From: an uncultured Verrucomicrobiae bacterium
Lineage (GTDB): Bacteria > Verrucomicrobiota > Verrucomicrobiia > Chthoniobacterales > UBA10450
Assembly (NCBI GenBank): GCA_963801815.1
Contig: CAWDGJ010000002.1
Span: 480,001-544,000, forward strand
Length of the DNA: 64,000 nt
Reading direction: 5' to 3'
In this document: one piece after another, positions 7,932 to 17,888 of the stretch
Position numbering within the stretch: the stretch's first letter is position 1
Layout of the letters: each line of letters starts with the position of its first letter
Program-made: the position numbers and the translations under genes
Notes under the pieces: generated by a model
The model's database searches: none
Told to the model about the DNA's origin: nothing
The model's input: the letters and a program-made list of their open reading frames with translations, nothing else

Positions 7932-9823
7932 TCTGACGCGTCGTCTTCTACGGGTTGGGCCCGGCGAATCTCCTGGGCCGGTTCTCGGCGCCCACGGTTC
8001 GTCGACGCGGACGGTTTGTAAATTTCCTTGAAGATATCGGCGATCATTGGCGCTGCCACGGTGCCGCCGTGGATTTTGCTTCCCACTTCGCCCTCATAAA
8101 CCGCTGAGAACGCGTAACGCGGTTCAATGGCGGGCAAAAATCCCGCGAACCACGCTGCGGTGCGTTCCTTGTTCTTCGGACCCCATTGCGCTGTCCCGGT
8201 TTTTCCCGCGACTTCAACACCATCCAATTGCGCTTCATGCCCCGTGCCGTTCGGACCGTTGACGACATCGATCATTCCTTCGCGGACTTCGTCCATGGTC
8301 GTCCTCGAAATATCCACAGTGCGTTTTTCGCGCATCTCGTAAGCCGTCACAATTCGCTGATCAACGGACTGCACCTGGCGCACCAAACGTGTCTGATAAA
8401 ATTTTCCGCCATTGGCAATAATTGCCATCGCCTGCGCCATTTGCAGCGGCGTGATCTGCGTGTCCCCTTGTCCAATCGATAAGTTCGCGATGTCGCCGTT
8501 GAGAATTTTGCGGCCGTGGGTCGCTTTCATGTAATCGTCGTTCGGGACGCGCCCCTCCGCTTCGGCACGTAACGGAATCCCGCACTTCGCGCCAAATCCA
8601 AGTTTGAGCGCCCAATCGATGATCGGCTCCGCGCCAGTTTTTATTCCGACCTGATAGAACCAGGTGTCGCACGATTGAGTGAGCGCCTGGACGAAATTCA
8701 GCGCACCCTGGTCGCCTTTTTTCCAATTGTGAAAGGTGAGATTGCCAATCTGGATCGCAGGAACGCATTGATACATATCGTCGGAATGGACAGCTCCGGC
8801 CTCCAGCGCGGCAATTCCGACCGCGACCTTGAACGTCGAACCGGGCGGATAGGACGAGCGAAAAGCGCGCGCCAATAGCGGAATGTCGGGGTCGTCCTGT
8901 AATTGCTTGAACTTCTCCGCGGAAATCGACGGCACGAAAAGATTTGGGTCGTAAGCCGGCCATGAAGCCATTGCCAGAATGTCGCCGTCCATTGGATCGA
9001 CAATCACGATGGCACCGCGCTTGGCCCGCGCCGCGAGCGCTTTTTCCGCTAATTCCTGAAGCCGTAGATCCAACGTCGTTACGATATTGTTCCCGGGAAC
9101 GGCGGGGTTGATCAATTTCTCGGACGTCTTTCGACCGTCTTTGTCGAACGTCAGCTTGTATTCGCCGTGCTTGCCGGTGAGCAATTCATTGAATGTTTGC
9201 TCGAGGCCATCGCGCCCCTCCGTTTCCGGCCAAAGCGTTTCGTGGTTGTCGATGATCCCATCGAGATTCCGGCCTTTCTTCCCGATGTAGCCAATGATGT
9301 GGCCGGCCAATTTGCCGTTCGGATAAACGCGAACATAAACCGGACGCACAACCAGCGATTCTTTTGCTCGATCCTTGACCGCGTCGTACTCCGTCTGGCT
9401 CAGATTTTGCGCGACCTCCAACGGAAGGATTCCGCGGTTGTGGTAATGGCGCAGGATGGCGTCGTCGGAAATCTTGATCGGACGCCCGATTAGCTTGGTC
9501 GCTTTATCGATCTTTTCCCGGGCAAACGCCACGGCTTTGTTGTCCGTAAAATCCAGCGGCGTTGGGAAACTAATCGCGAGATTGTAACTGACCTTATTCT
9601 GGGCAAGCGGAAGACCGGTACGATCGGTGATTTGGCCGCGCGGGGCTGGAACATCCAGAATGTAGGTCCGGGCAAGCTTTTGAGTTTCGAACGTTGGGAT
9701 GATCGTCTCTTCGTCTTGGGTTGGGGGCAGGCTCGGGCTCGGCGTAGCCACCGGCGGCGACACTTGCCCCAAAACAAACGCCGATAGCATTGGCGACAGC
9801 AGAATTACGGCCCAACCCTTCAT
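7928..9823 (-). CDS. mrdA: Class B penicillin-binding protein 2-like transpeptidase
   Basis: Motifs APRGQITDR, RVYPNG, GRDGLE, PPGSTFK (SxxK), SCD and KTGTAQ. Confidence 0.85.
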   Translation of the reverse strand: MKGWAVILLSPMLSAFVLGQVSPPVATPSPSLPPTQDEETIIPTFETQKLARTYILDVPAPRGQITDRTGLPLAQNKVSYNLAISFPTPLDFTDNKAVAFAREKIDKATKLIGRPIKISDDAILRHYHNRGILPLEVAQNLSQTEYDAVKDRAKESLVVRPVYVRVYPNGKLAGHIIGYIGKKGRNLDGIIDNHETLWPETEGRDGLEQTFNELLTGKHGEYKLTFDKDGRKTSEKLINPAVPGNNIVTTLDLRLQELAEKALAARAKRGAIVIVDPMDGDILAMASWPAYDPNLFVPSISAEKFKQLQDDPDIPLLARAFRSSYPPGSTFKVAVGIAALEAGAVHSDDMYQCVPAIQIGNLTFHNWKKGDQGALNFVQALTQSCDTWFYQVGIKTGAEPIIDWALKLGFGAKCGIPLRAEAEGRVPNDDYMKATHGRKILNGDIANLSIGQGDTQITPLQMAQAMAIIANGGKFYQTRLVRQVQSVDQRIVTAYEMREKRTVDISRTTMDEVREGMIDVVNGPNGTGHEAQLDGVEVAGKTGTAQWGPKNKERTAAWFAGFLPAIEPRYAFSAVYEGEVGSKIHGGTVAAPMIADIFKEIYKPSASTNRGRREPAQEIRRAQPVEDDASD

Positions 9824-9859
9824 CGCGAGATCGACACTTTCGGTTGCACGATACTTGCG

Positions 9860-11467
9860 TCAATGCCGCTGCAGAAAGTGATGCAGTTCCTCCGCAAGTT
9901 TTCGTCCAATTCCTTCAGTGGCGGCTATTTGATCGACGCTCGCTTTGCGCAGGCGATTGACCGAGCCAAATTTCCGAAGCAGAAGGTTTTTGCGGTTCTG
10001 ACTCACCCCCGGGCAATCATCGAGAATGCTTTCGTCGATTCGCTTCTTGAGCAGCAGCTGATGATAAGCGTTCGCGAACCGGTGTGCTTCATCGCGGATT
10101 CGCTGCAACAGATGCAACGCGCCGGAATCGGCAGGCAATTGCAGCGGCATCGCCCGGCCTGGCCGGTAAATTTCCTCATGCTCCTTCGCCAAACCAATAA
10201 TCGGCAAATCGTGCAAGCCGAGTCGCTGCAATTCCCGGCACGCCGACGAAAGTTGTCCTTTGCCACCATCGACAATGATCAGGTCCGGTAAACGCACCGG
10301 AACAAACTGCGGACTGCGGATTGCGGATTGCGGAAAAACATGAGTTTCGAGTCGGCGAGCAGTTTCGAACGCACTTTCCTGCGAATGCTGCGGCGAAAGA
10401 TCGATATCTTCTCTTTCCACATTCCGAAGTCCGGTTTCCGCAATAGATAAGAGTACTCGCGAATACCGCCGCCGCACCACTTCCGCCATGCTGGCGAAAT
10501 CATCCTGACCCTGAACGGTACGGACGCGATACCGCCGATAACAATTCTTGTCCGCTACGCCGTCCCGGAAACAAACCATCGAAGCGACCACGTGCGTCGT
10601 GGAAATGTTCGAGATATCGAAACATTCCATCACGCGTGGCAGCCGGGGCAATTGCAATGCATCAGCCAACGCCTGCACATCGGCGATCGGATCGATCGCG
10701 CTCGGTAACGTGCCTCGCGTGAATCGGCGCGTTGACCTGGTTGTTTCGCGCACATCGTCAATCATGTTCCGGAGCTCGGCCGCTTTCTCGAAATCCATCT
10801 TCTCGGCTGCTTTGCGCATCTCCGTTTCCAACATGTCAATCATCTCGCGCGATTGACCCTCCAGAAATTCGCAGGCTTGCGTGACACGTCCGCGATACTG
10901 CTCCGCAGTGATTTCGCTCAAACGAACCGGCACCTGGTAAGTCGAGGACTTCAATTCGCGTTCGCTCGGCGCGCCACGGCCAAACGTCAGCACGCCAAAT
11001 TTCTTGCGCATCAAATTCAGCGTCTGACGTAACGCACCGGCAGCCGCAAACGGTCCAAAATAGCGTGCGTTGTCATTTTTCTTCAGCCTCGTGAGTCGAA
11101 ACCGCGGCCATTCTTCCGACAGGTCGACTTTGACCAGCAGGAACCGCTTATCGTCTCGAAACGAAATGTTATAGCGTGGCCGATACTCCTTGATCAGCTT
11201 GCCTTCCAGCAACACCGATTCGGCCTCGCTGCGAACCACATGAGTCTCAAAATCCCAGGTCGCCTCAAGCAACGCCCGTGTTTTCAAATCCGCCTGCGCC
11301 AATTTCGAAGGCAAGAAATAAGAACTGACCCGCTTTCGAAGATCCCGCGCTTTGCCGACGTAGATCACCCGGTTGAATCGATCGCGCATCAGGTACACAC
11401 CGGGTTTGTGCGGCACTTCGTGCACCTTTTTCTGGAGATCGGGTTTTTGTTTGCGTGAAACGGCCAT
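9860..11467 (-). CDS. uvrC: Excinuclease ABC subunit C
   Basis: GIY-YIG domain (PGVYLM...IYVGKA), UVR domain (FEKAAELRN), CFDISN, DDFASM, PDLIIVDGGKGQ, RDEAHRFA and a C-terminal HhH. Confidence 0.96.
   Translation of the reverse strand: MAVSRKQKPDLQKKVHEVPHKPGVYLMRDRFNRVIYVGKARDLRKRVSSYFLPSKLAQADLKTRALLEATWDFETHVVRSEAESVLLEGKLIKEYRPRYNISFRDDKRFLLVKVDLSEEWPRFRLTRLKKNDNARYFGPFAAAGALRQTLNLMRKKFGVLTFGRGAPSERELKSSTYQVPVRLSEITAEQYRGRVTQACEFLEGQSREMIDMLETEMRKAAEKMDFEKAAELRNMIDDVRETTRSTRRFTRGTLPSAIDPIADVQALADALQLPRLPRVMECFDISNISTTHVVASMVCFRDGVADKNCYRRYRVRTVQGQDDFASMAEVVRRRYSRVLLSIAETGLRNVEREDIDLSPQHSQESAFETARRLETHVFPQSAIRSPQFVPVRLPDLIIVDGGKGQLSSACRELQRLGLHDLPIIGLAKEHEEIYRPGRAMPLQLPADSGALHLLQRIRDEAHRFANAYHQLLLKKRIDESILDDCPGVSQNRKNLLLRKFGSVNRLRKASVDQIAATEGIGRKLAEELHHFLQRH
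10308..10442. repeat. Inverted heptamer-array element in-frame within uvrC
   Basis: TGCGGAC TGCGGAT TGCGGAT TGCGGAA (10308-10335) and TTCCACA TTCCGAA GTCCGGT TTCCGCA (10415-10442). Confidence 0.75.
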
Positions 11468-11525
11468 CGAATCAGCCGGTAATGTACGCGCCACTCCTAA
11501 GATCGACAATTGCGTCCCGGAAATC

Positions 11526-12605
11526 TTAAGCCACCCGCCGTCGCGGCAACGCTGACTGAACCATCATCAGCTCGCTCACGTTTTCCGGCGTGAGCAAACC
11601 GACCAGACGTTTCATGCTGTCGAGCACCGGCACGGCCGGGCAATTGCACTCCTGCATGATCCGAAACGCTTCTTCGAACCGCGTTCCCGTCGTCACAGTC
11701 GGGATGTCACGCCTCATCACATCGCCGACGCGAATCGAACCGTCGTCTTTGCGCAGCGCCGCGATCAGGTCGTGTCGGGTCAAAATCCCGGCGACATTTC
11801 CACCTTCGTCGAGCACCGGAAAATCGTGCTGCGACGTTGCCAGCAAAGCGTCGACTGCTTCCTGCAGCGTCGCTGTCTCGGGCAATGTACGAAATTCGCG
11901 AACCATCGCGCTCGAAACCGGAAACCGTCGGGACACATCGCGCATTTGCGCGAGGGCCGCCTCCTGTGACGCGCCGATGTAAACAAAGAAAGCGATGAAA
12001 ATCAGGAAAGGATTTGGACTGAACAGGCCCGGGATTCCAAACAGACCAACTATTCCAAAAAGGAACGCGAAAGCCTGACCAACGGTTGCCGCGACTTGAG
12101 TCGCCCGCGCGTAAGTCAGGCGAGTCGCGAGGAGAGCGCGCAGAACGCGACCGCCATCCATCGGGAAAGCGGGAATGAGGTTAAAAAGAAGAAGGCACAC
12201 GTTAATTTTCAAAAGATTGGCCAACAGATCGCCGCTTTGGAGTGAAGCGCTTAACTCGCCCGCGCCGTGCGATCCGATCACGACGAACAAAGACAACGCA
12301 ATGATCGCGGTCACCGCTGGTCCGGCCGCGGCAATGACTAGCTCCTGCCTAGGTTCTTCCGGAATTCGTTCCAGCCGCGCTACTCCGCCGATCGGCAACA
12401 AAGTAATGTCAGGCGTGTTAATACCGTACGCCTTCGCCGCCAGCGCGTGACCAAATTCATGGAGCACGACGCACAAAAACAACAAAAGCACCAAGATCGC
12501 CACGGAAGCGGAGGCGAGGGCGACCCAGACAATCAACAGCAGAAAAGTGATGTGGATGCGTAACTGGATGCCGGCAATCCGGACGATGGGAATAGACCAG
12601 CTCAT
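11526..12605 (-). CDS. Site-2 protease (M50) with tandem CBS domains
   Basis: Motifs HEFGH, AAAGP and FNLIPAFPMDGGR, plus a C-terminal CBS pair. Confidence 0.93.
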   Translation of the reverse strand: MSWSIPIVRIAGIQLRIHITFLLLIVWVALASASVAILVLLLFLCVVLHEFGHALAAKAYGINTPDITLLPIGGVARLERIPEEPRQELVIAAAGPAVTAIIALSLFVVIGSHGAGELSASLQSGDLLANLLKINVCLLLFNLIPAFPMDGGRVLRALLATRLTYARATQVAATVGQAFAFLFGIVGLFGIPGLFSPNPFLIFIAFFVYIGASQEAALAQMRDVSRRFPVSSAMVREFRTLPETATLQEAVDALLATSQHDFPVLDEGGNVAGILTRHDLIAALRKDDGSIRVGDVMRRDIPTVTTGTRFEEAFRIMQECNCPAVPVLDSMKRLVGLLTPENVSELMMVQSALPRRRVA

Positions 12606-12683
12606 GGAAGCACTTTCGTTCGTCTTTTAGTCGCGCGCCAGAAGTGTTGAAGACGGCTCGCTCGCAATTGAAACTGGAGTGCT

Positions 12684-13763
12684 ATGGAGATTGTTGATGT
12701 TGCCATTGTCGGCGCTGGCCCAGCGGGTTCAACCTGCGCTGCGTTCTGCGCGGCCGCAGGGTTGCGCGTGGCCCTGATTGAACGTGAAAAATTTCCGCGC
12801 GAAAAGGTTTGCGGCGATTGCCTTAATCCCGCGTGCCTGTCAGTTTTGCAACGGCTCTGCCCAGGCGATCAAATTCAAAATTGGTCGCACGCGATTGTCG
12901 ACGGTGTCGATTTCATCCCGATTAATGGACAACGAGTCAAAGTAAATTTCCCAAGCGGCACTCGATTCATCACGATCAAGCGCAGCCTTCTTGATAATGC
13001 ATTGCTCAAGCGCGCCGGTGAACTCGGCGCCCGTGTTCACGAGGAGGCAACCGTCGTCGCGCTTCACCAGACCCGCGACCGCGATTGGAAGATCGATATC
13101 GTTCGCGAAACATTTCTCGCTCGCATTTTGGTTGGCGCTGACGGACGAAATTCGACGGTGGCGCGACTTCGCAACCTGCTTCCACCGCTCGAGCGAGAAC
13201 GAATCGCCTTGCAAGCGCACATTCCATTGCCGCCCAATTTCGGAAATCGCATCGTCTTGCAATTTTTAGCCGAAGGTTATTCCGGCCAGGCACCTGTGAA
13301 CGACCGTGAGCTCAATCTCTGTCTCGTGGGTACGCCACCGACCATGCCATCCATTAGAGCCTGGGCTGAGAAGCGCTTCAATCTCCCGGCGACTCAGTCG
13401 TGGCGCACAATCACTCCGCTTACCCGCGCACCGATTGCACCGGCCCGGGAAAATTTATTCTTTATCGGCGACGCGGCGCGAGTAGTCGAGCCGTTCACTG
13501 GCGAAGGAATCTATTACGCGCTGCGCTCAGGCGAGCTCGCCGCAAACTCCATTGCGAAAATCATGACTGGTGAAGATCGACAATCTATCGTGCAGAAATT
13601 CACCCGAGATCATCGCGCGATGTATCGCGGTCGATTATGGATCAACCGCGTCGCCCGTGAAGCGGTGCTCCATTCGCGATTTGCGTCACGATTGGCGGGC
13701 ATTGCTGGAGTCAGTGGCCCGGTCCTCCGCTCATTAACACGAAAGATAGTCGGCGCGCCTTAA
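12684..13763 (+). CDS. FAD-dependent oxidoreductase, geranylgeranyl reductase family
   Basis: Motifs GAGPAGS, FPREKVCGD, GADG and IGDAARVVEPFTGEGI. Confidence 0.9.
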   Translation: MEIVDVAIVGAGPAGSTCAAFCAAAGLRVALIEREKFPREKVCGDCLNPACLSVLQRLCPGDQIQNWSHAIVDGVDFIPINGQRVKVNFPSGTRFITIKRSLLDNALLKRAGELGARVHEEATVVALHQTRDRDWKIDIVRETFLARILVGADGRNSTVARLRNLLPPLERERIALQAHIPLPPNFGNRIVLQFLAEGYSGQAPVNDRELNLCLVGTPPTMPSIRAWAEKRFNLPATQSWRTITPLTRAPIAPARENLFFIGDAARVVEPFTGEGIYYALRSGELAANSIAKIMTGEDRQSIVQKFTRDHRAMYRGRLWINRVAREAVLHSRFASRLAGIAGVSGPVLRSLTRKIVGAP

Positions 13764-13764
13764 C

Positions 13765-13791
13765 AACTTGAATGCATAATGCATTCAAGTT
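13765..13791. repeat. 27-bp palindromic element, copy 1 (intergenic)
   Basis: AACTTGAATGCAT-A-ATGCATTCAAGTT has perfect 13-bp arms and is related to 28876-28902 and 60686-60712. Confidence 0.8.
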
Positions 13792-13864
13792 TGGATAAGG
13801 GTGCGAGTCGGATGCGCTTTGCTGCGGCGTTCGGAGCCTAATCGTTGGCGAAAGCGAGAGATCG

Positions 13865-14743
13865 TCAGATCGATTGTCGCGCCGCCTTGACCGTATTCGA
13901 CATCAGCATCGCGATGGTCATTGGCCCAACACCGCCCGGAACCGGCGTGATTGCTTTCGCTTTTGGCGCCACTTCGTCGAATGCAACATCACCAACGAGC
14001 CGGTAGCCGCGTTTGTCGCTTTTGTCTTCCACGCGGTTGATGCCGACATCGATTACGACTGCGCCTTCACGAACGTGATCAGCTTTCACAAAGTGTGCGC
14101 GCCCGATCGCAGCGATCAAAATGTCCGCCGAGCGCGTGATCGCTTCCAGATTCTTGCTCCGCGAATGAACAACGGTCACTGTCGCGTCCCCGCCTTTGGC
14201 TTTTTGCATGAGCAACAAGGCGACCGGTTTTCCAACGATCATGCTGCGTCCGAGAACGACCACGTGCGCTCCCGCAATGTCGATCTTGGTCTCAATCAGC
14301 AAGCGTTGAACGCCGAGCGGGGTGCAAGGCACAAACCCGGTCGGATCGCCCATTGCGAGCTTGGCCACATTGAGCGGATGAAAACCGTCCACATCCTTGG
14401 CCGGATTAAGCGCTCGCACAATCGCTGTTTCGTCGATTTGTTTCGGCGGCGGCGATTGGACCAGAATTCCATGAACAGCAGCATCCCGATTTAGTTCTTC
14501 AACGCGGGCCAGCAATTCTGCCTGACTCGTTGATTCTGGCAGCTCGAGCTTGACGGAATGCAATCCGAGCTCGCGGCTCATTTTGTCTTTTGAGCGAACG
14601 TAGGCGCGCGATGCCGGGTCGTCGCCCACCAGCACCACCGCAAGTCCGGGCGTCACACCCTTGCTTCTCAGCTGGGCGATTTCGCCGCGAAGATCGACAT
14701 AGACTTTTTCGGCAATAGCGCGGCCGTCGATCAAATTCCCCAT
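13865..14743 (-). CDS. folD: Methylene-THF dehydrogenase/cyclohydrolase
   Basis: Motifs [26 protein letters not shown] and [11 protein letters not shown]. Confidence 0.97.
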   Translation of the reverse strand: MGNLIDGRAIAEKVYVDLRGEIAQLRSKGVTPGLAVVLVGDDPASRAYVRSKDKMSRELGLHSVKLELPESTSQAELLARVEELNRDAAVHGILVQSPPPKQIDETAIVRALNPAKDVDGFHPLNVAKLAMGDPTGFVPCTPLGVQRLLIETKIDIAGAHVVVLGRSMIVGKPVALLLMQKAKGGDATVTVVHSRSKNLEAITRSADILIAAIGRAHFVKADHVREGAVVIDVGINRVEDKSDKRGYRLVGDVAFDEVAPKAKAITPVPGGVGPMTIAMLMSNTVKAARQSI

Positions 14744-14761
14744 CAGCCGACCTTAAATGAG

Positions 14762-15406
14762 CTAGCGGCGTTCAACCAGCGACATCAGCGCGTTTTGCAA
14801 CCGCTGGCGCTCAGCTGCGAATTCTTGGTCGGTTGAGGTGGATCTTATCCGCTCGGGCTGGCCAATGATCACGCGCACTTTCGAAAATGGCTTCGGAATG
14901 ATGAACCGGTCCCAGCTCTTGACCCGCCAGCAGCTGGAATATTCCATATTCATCGGCAAAACCGACACGCCGGTTTTTTGGGCAAGAAAAATAATGCCGG
15001 GCCCAAGTTCATACGCCGGACCACGCGGGCCGTCCGGCGTAATCACGACGTCGCGCCCGCCCCCAAGCACGGCGCTAAGTTGAAGGAGGCCGCTTGCTCC
15101 CAGCTTCGAACTCGAACCGCGGACAACTTCGTAGTCGAAACGGTGGATGGCGTCGCTGAGTAAATCGCCGTCGCGACTCGCGCTGATCAAGGCCGCGCCA
15201 GGGCGATTCGGAAAAAAACGCCGAAGGACAAGCGGGAAGATCAACAATCGATTGTGCCAGAGCGCGCCAATGTAATTCTCCACGACTGGCTTGCCGACGA
15301 TGCCTGCACGGTCGTGGATTTCATAGCGCAACGTGCGCCCAAGCACTTTCAAAAGATAAAACCCGAACGCGATTAACCAGCGCGCTTTCCAACCTTCGAT
15401 CTTCAA
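14762..15406 (-). CDS. Lysophospholipid acyltransferase-like (DUF374) protein
   Basis: Motifs LWHNRL, SASRDG, RGSSS, TPDGPRGP and SWDRFIIPKPF. Confidence 0.85.
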   Translation of the reverse strand: MKIEGWKARWLIAFGFYLLKVLGRTLRYEIHDRAGIVGKPVVENYIGALWHNRLLIFPLVLRRFFPNRPGAALISASRDGDLLSDAIHRFDYEVVRGSSSKLGASGLLQLSAVLGGGRDVVITPDGPRGPAYELGPGIIFLAQKTGVSVLPMNMEYSSCWRVKSWDRFIIPKPFSKVRVIIGQPERIRSTSTDQEFAAERQRLQNALMSLVERR

Positions 15407-15981
15407 GGTTTTTTGCGTGCGCCACGGCGCGCGGGTTGATCGGCCCAGCGATAGGCGCGCGAGCTAGGCAGGCCAATCTGATCGAGGATGCGCCACACTA
15501 CAGTATCCACAACATCAGTGACGGACGCGGGCCGGCTGTAGAATGATGGAATCGCCGGCAGCACGACGGCGCCTGCTTCGAGAAGCGTGACCACGTTGCG
15601 CGCATGGATCAAATTCCACGGCGTCTCGCGGGGAACGAGGACAAGTTTGCGTCGCTCCTTCAAAAAAACGTCAGCCGCGCGAAGCAGCGCAGTGTCACTG
15701 GAGCCGGACGCAATCCGGCCGATCGTTGCCATTGAACAGGGAGCGATAACCATCGCATCAAATTTCGCGGAGCCGCTGACAAACGGAACGTTGAGATCAT
15801 TTTCGGCGTGCTGTGCGATACCCTTTGGAATTTTGAAAGCGCCAATCTCTTCTCTTGCTACCTGGTTGGCGTGACCGCTCATGACCAAATGAATCTCGTG
15901 CGCCGCGGGATCGATTTGGTCGAGCAATCGTTGCAGATAAATCGACCCGCTGGCGCCGGTGGCCGCGATAACAAGTTTCAT
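15403..15981 (-). CDS. ubiX: Flavin prenyltransferase
   Basis: Motifs TGASG, SGS, APCSM, RAADVFLKERR, RETP and PSFY. Confidence 0.95.
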   Translation of the reverse strand: MKLVIAATGASGSIYLQRLLDQIDPAAHEIHLVMSGHANQVAREEIGAFKIPKGIAQHAENDLNVPFVSGSAKFDAMVIAPCSMATIGRIASGSSDTALLRAADVFLKERRKLVLVPRETPWNLIHARNVVTLLEAGAVVLPAIPSFYSRPASVTDVVDTVVWRILDQIGLPSSRAYRWADQPARRGARKKP

Positions 15982-16029
15982 CCGCGAAGAGTTTGAATTT
16001 AATCCGTTAAGGGGGCAATAAGATACACG

Positions 16030-16416
16030 ATGGTTAAGAAACTGTTACACACTCGCTACCGGGTGAAGGACCTGGAGAAGACGGTCCGTTTTTACAAGGA
16101 CGTGCTCGGGCTCCAGGAAACACGCAGGCACACATCTGGCCGCGGTTCACAATTAGTTTTTCTCAAAGCGCCAGAAAGCGAAGAGGAAATTGAACTCTGC
16201 AAATTCGACGAAAGCGGACCGGTCGTGGTTGGCCCCGATCTGACGCATCTTGCGTTTGAGGTCGACGATCTGGACAAATTTGCGCGCGAATCGGCGGCGA
16301 AAGGTTATCCGCTGTCCGACGGCCCGCATAAGACGTCTGGCGGAAGCGCCATTGCCTTCATCGACGCACCGGAAGGGTATGAGATTGAATTGATCCAGCC
16401 CGGCAAAGATTTGTAG
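16030..16416 (+). CDS. VOC/glyoxalase I family protein
   Basis: Motifs LLHTRYRV, FYKDVLG, IEL, HLAFEVDD and FIDAPEGYEIELI. Confidence 0.9.
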   Translation: MVKKLLHTRYRVKDLEKTVRFYKDVLGLQETRRHTSGRGSQLVFLKAPESEEEIELCKFDESGPVVVGPDLTHLAFEVDDLDKFARESAAKGYPLSDGPHKTSGGSAIAFIDAPEGYEIELIQPGKDL

Positions 16417-16462
16417 GCGTGGCTTGCGCGAATTGAATCTTTGTCTTCTAATTTGCCGCGGC

Positions 16463-17494
16463 ATGAAACGCTGGTCTCGCATCGCAGTCACCTATGTCGC
16501 GATCTGCGCCGCCAGCATTTGTCTGGCAGTTGAACCGACGGCGATTCCGCCGGACGAAGAAAACTCGAATGCAGTTCGACCAACTGGCGTTCCGAGTCGA
16601 CAGCATTCAAAGCCCAAATCGACACCCACAGCGAATTCCAATTCGGAGGCTGCGTCGACAGCGACCCCGCGGGTTCGCCGGGCACGTCGCGCGACGCCAA
16701 GACAACGCGATTCTGACGACGATGCGGTCTCGATCCAGGCAGTTCCGGCCTCAATTCCAAAGACAACGGCCAATTCGGTCATCGTGATCGATGTCAGCAA
16801 TGGTCAGGTGCTCTACGAGAAAAATGCGGACGCGATTCGCGCACCGGCAAGCACAACGAAACTGTTGACCGGATTGATAGTCGCTGAGAGCGGAAATCTC
16901 GACCGGCAAGTGAACGTGCAACAAATCGATACTTTGGCGGAGCCGGTGAAGTTAAATATCAAGCCGGGCGATATCTATTCGCGGATCGATCTTCTGCGCG
17001 CGCTTTTGGTTAAGAGTCCGAACGACGTCGCGCGCTGTTTGGCGCGCGATAACGCCGGCAGCATTGAAGCGTTTGCCGAAAAAATGAATCAGCGCGCGTT
17101 CGCCATCGGTGCGCGTAACTCACGCTGGGTCAATCCGAACGGGTTACCCGATGCGCGTCAATATTCGACTGCACGCGATCTTTCAACGATCGCCCGCGTA
17201 GCTTATGCGAATCCACTGATCCGCTCCATCGTTTGTCTGCCGCAGTTGAATTTTCGCTACGCTAACGGGCGAACCCGGGAACTTGAAAATACGAACAAGC
17301 TTCTAAAGCGGCTGCCTTACTGCAACGGCATGAAAACCGGCTACACCGAAGCCGCCGGAAAATGTTTGATCGCAAGCGGCTCCCGACCCGGCAAGGACAT
17401 CATCGTCGTCGTTCTAGGGGACAGTCACTCGGGCGTTTGGCGTGACGCTGGCGCCTTGCTCGCTTGGGCGCTATGGAACCCATCCGCAGGCTAA
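16463..17494 (+). CDS. D-alanyl-D-alanine carboxypeptidase (peptidase S11)
   Basis: Signal peptide, disordered linker, then PASTTK, SPND, NPNGL, STARD and KTGYT. Confidence 0.92.
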   Translation: MKRWSRIAVTYVAICAASICLAVEPTAIPPDEENSNAVRPTGVPSRQHSKPKSTPTANSNSEAASTATPRVRRARRATPRQRDSDDDAVSIQAVPASIPKTTANSVIVIDVSNGQVLYEKNADAIRAPASTTKLLTGLIVAESGNLDRQVNVQQIDTLAEPVKLNIKPGDIYSRIDLLRALLVKSPNDVARCLARDNAGSIEAFAEKMNQRAFAIGARNSRWVNPNGLPDARQYSTARDLSTIARVAYANPLIRSIVCLPQLNFRYANGRTRELENTNKLLKRLPYCNGMKTGYTEAAGKCLIASGSRPGKDIIVVVLGDSHSGVWRDAGALLAWALWNPSAG

Positions 17495-17531
17495 TCGATT
17501 ACGCGCGGCAGCTGGACTAAACGCCGGCCTG

Positions 17532-17810
17532 TTATGGCGTGCGGGATGAAGCCCAATCACGCAGCAGCGGGTCGGGCATCAAAGCAGGATTGTGATCAAC
17601 ATCCGCAGGCGCGTCAGCCGGAACATCTTCCGGGCCTTCAGCTGGAGGCGCTGGTTCCTCACCGGGAGCGCCGGGCGAGGTTGCGTTGCTGGCGTACTTC
17701 GCCGTCAAACGCTGCTCGAGCGTCTGATTGGCAGCTGTGGTCTGCGAAGTCGAGGAGCAAGCTGGCAGGAGGGCGAGACCGAGCAGACAAAAGGCGATTT
17801 CAATTTTCAT
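17532..17810 (-). CDS. Small Pro-rich lipoprotein
   Basis: MKIEIAFCLLGLALLPAC lipobox followed by a low-complexity tail. Confidence 0.7.
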   Translation of the reverse strand: MKIEIAFCLLGLALLPACSSTSQTTAANQTLEQRLTAKYASNATSPGAPGEEPAPPAEGPEDVPADAPADVDHNPALMPDPLLRDWASSRTP

Positions 17811-17888
17811 GGTGCGCAAAACTTTAAATCAGTGACGCGTTTATAATTACTATAATTCAGCCGTGAATGGCAAGCACTTTTCTTCCTT

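Noticed and set aside
17841..17857. AT-rich TATAATT direct repeat upstream of the small lipoprotein gene
   Set aside because: Could be a promoter or operator, but it is a single instance with no assignable regulator.
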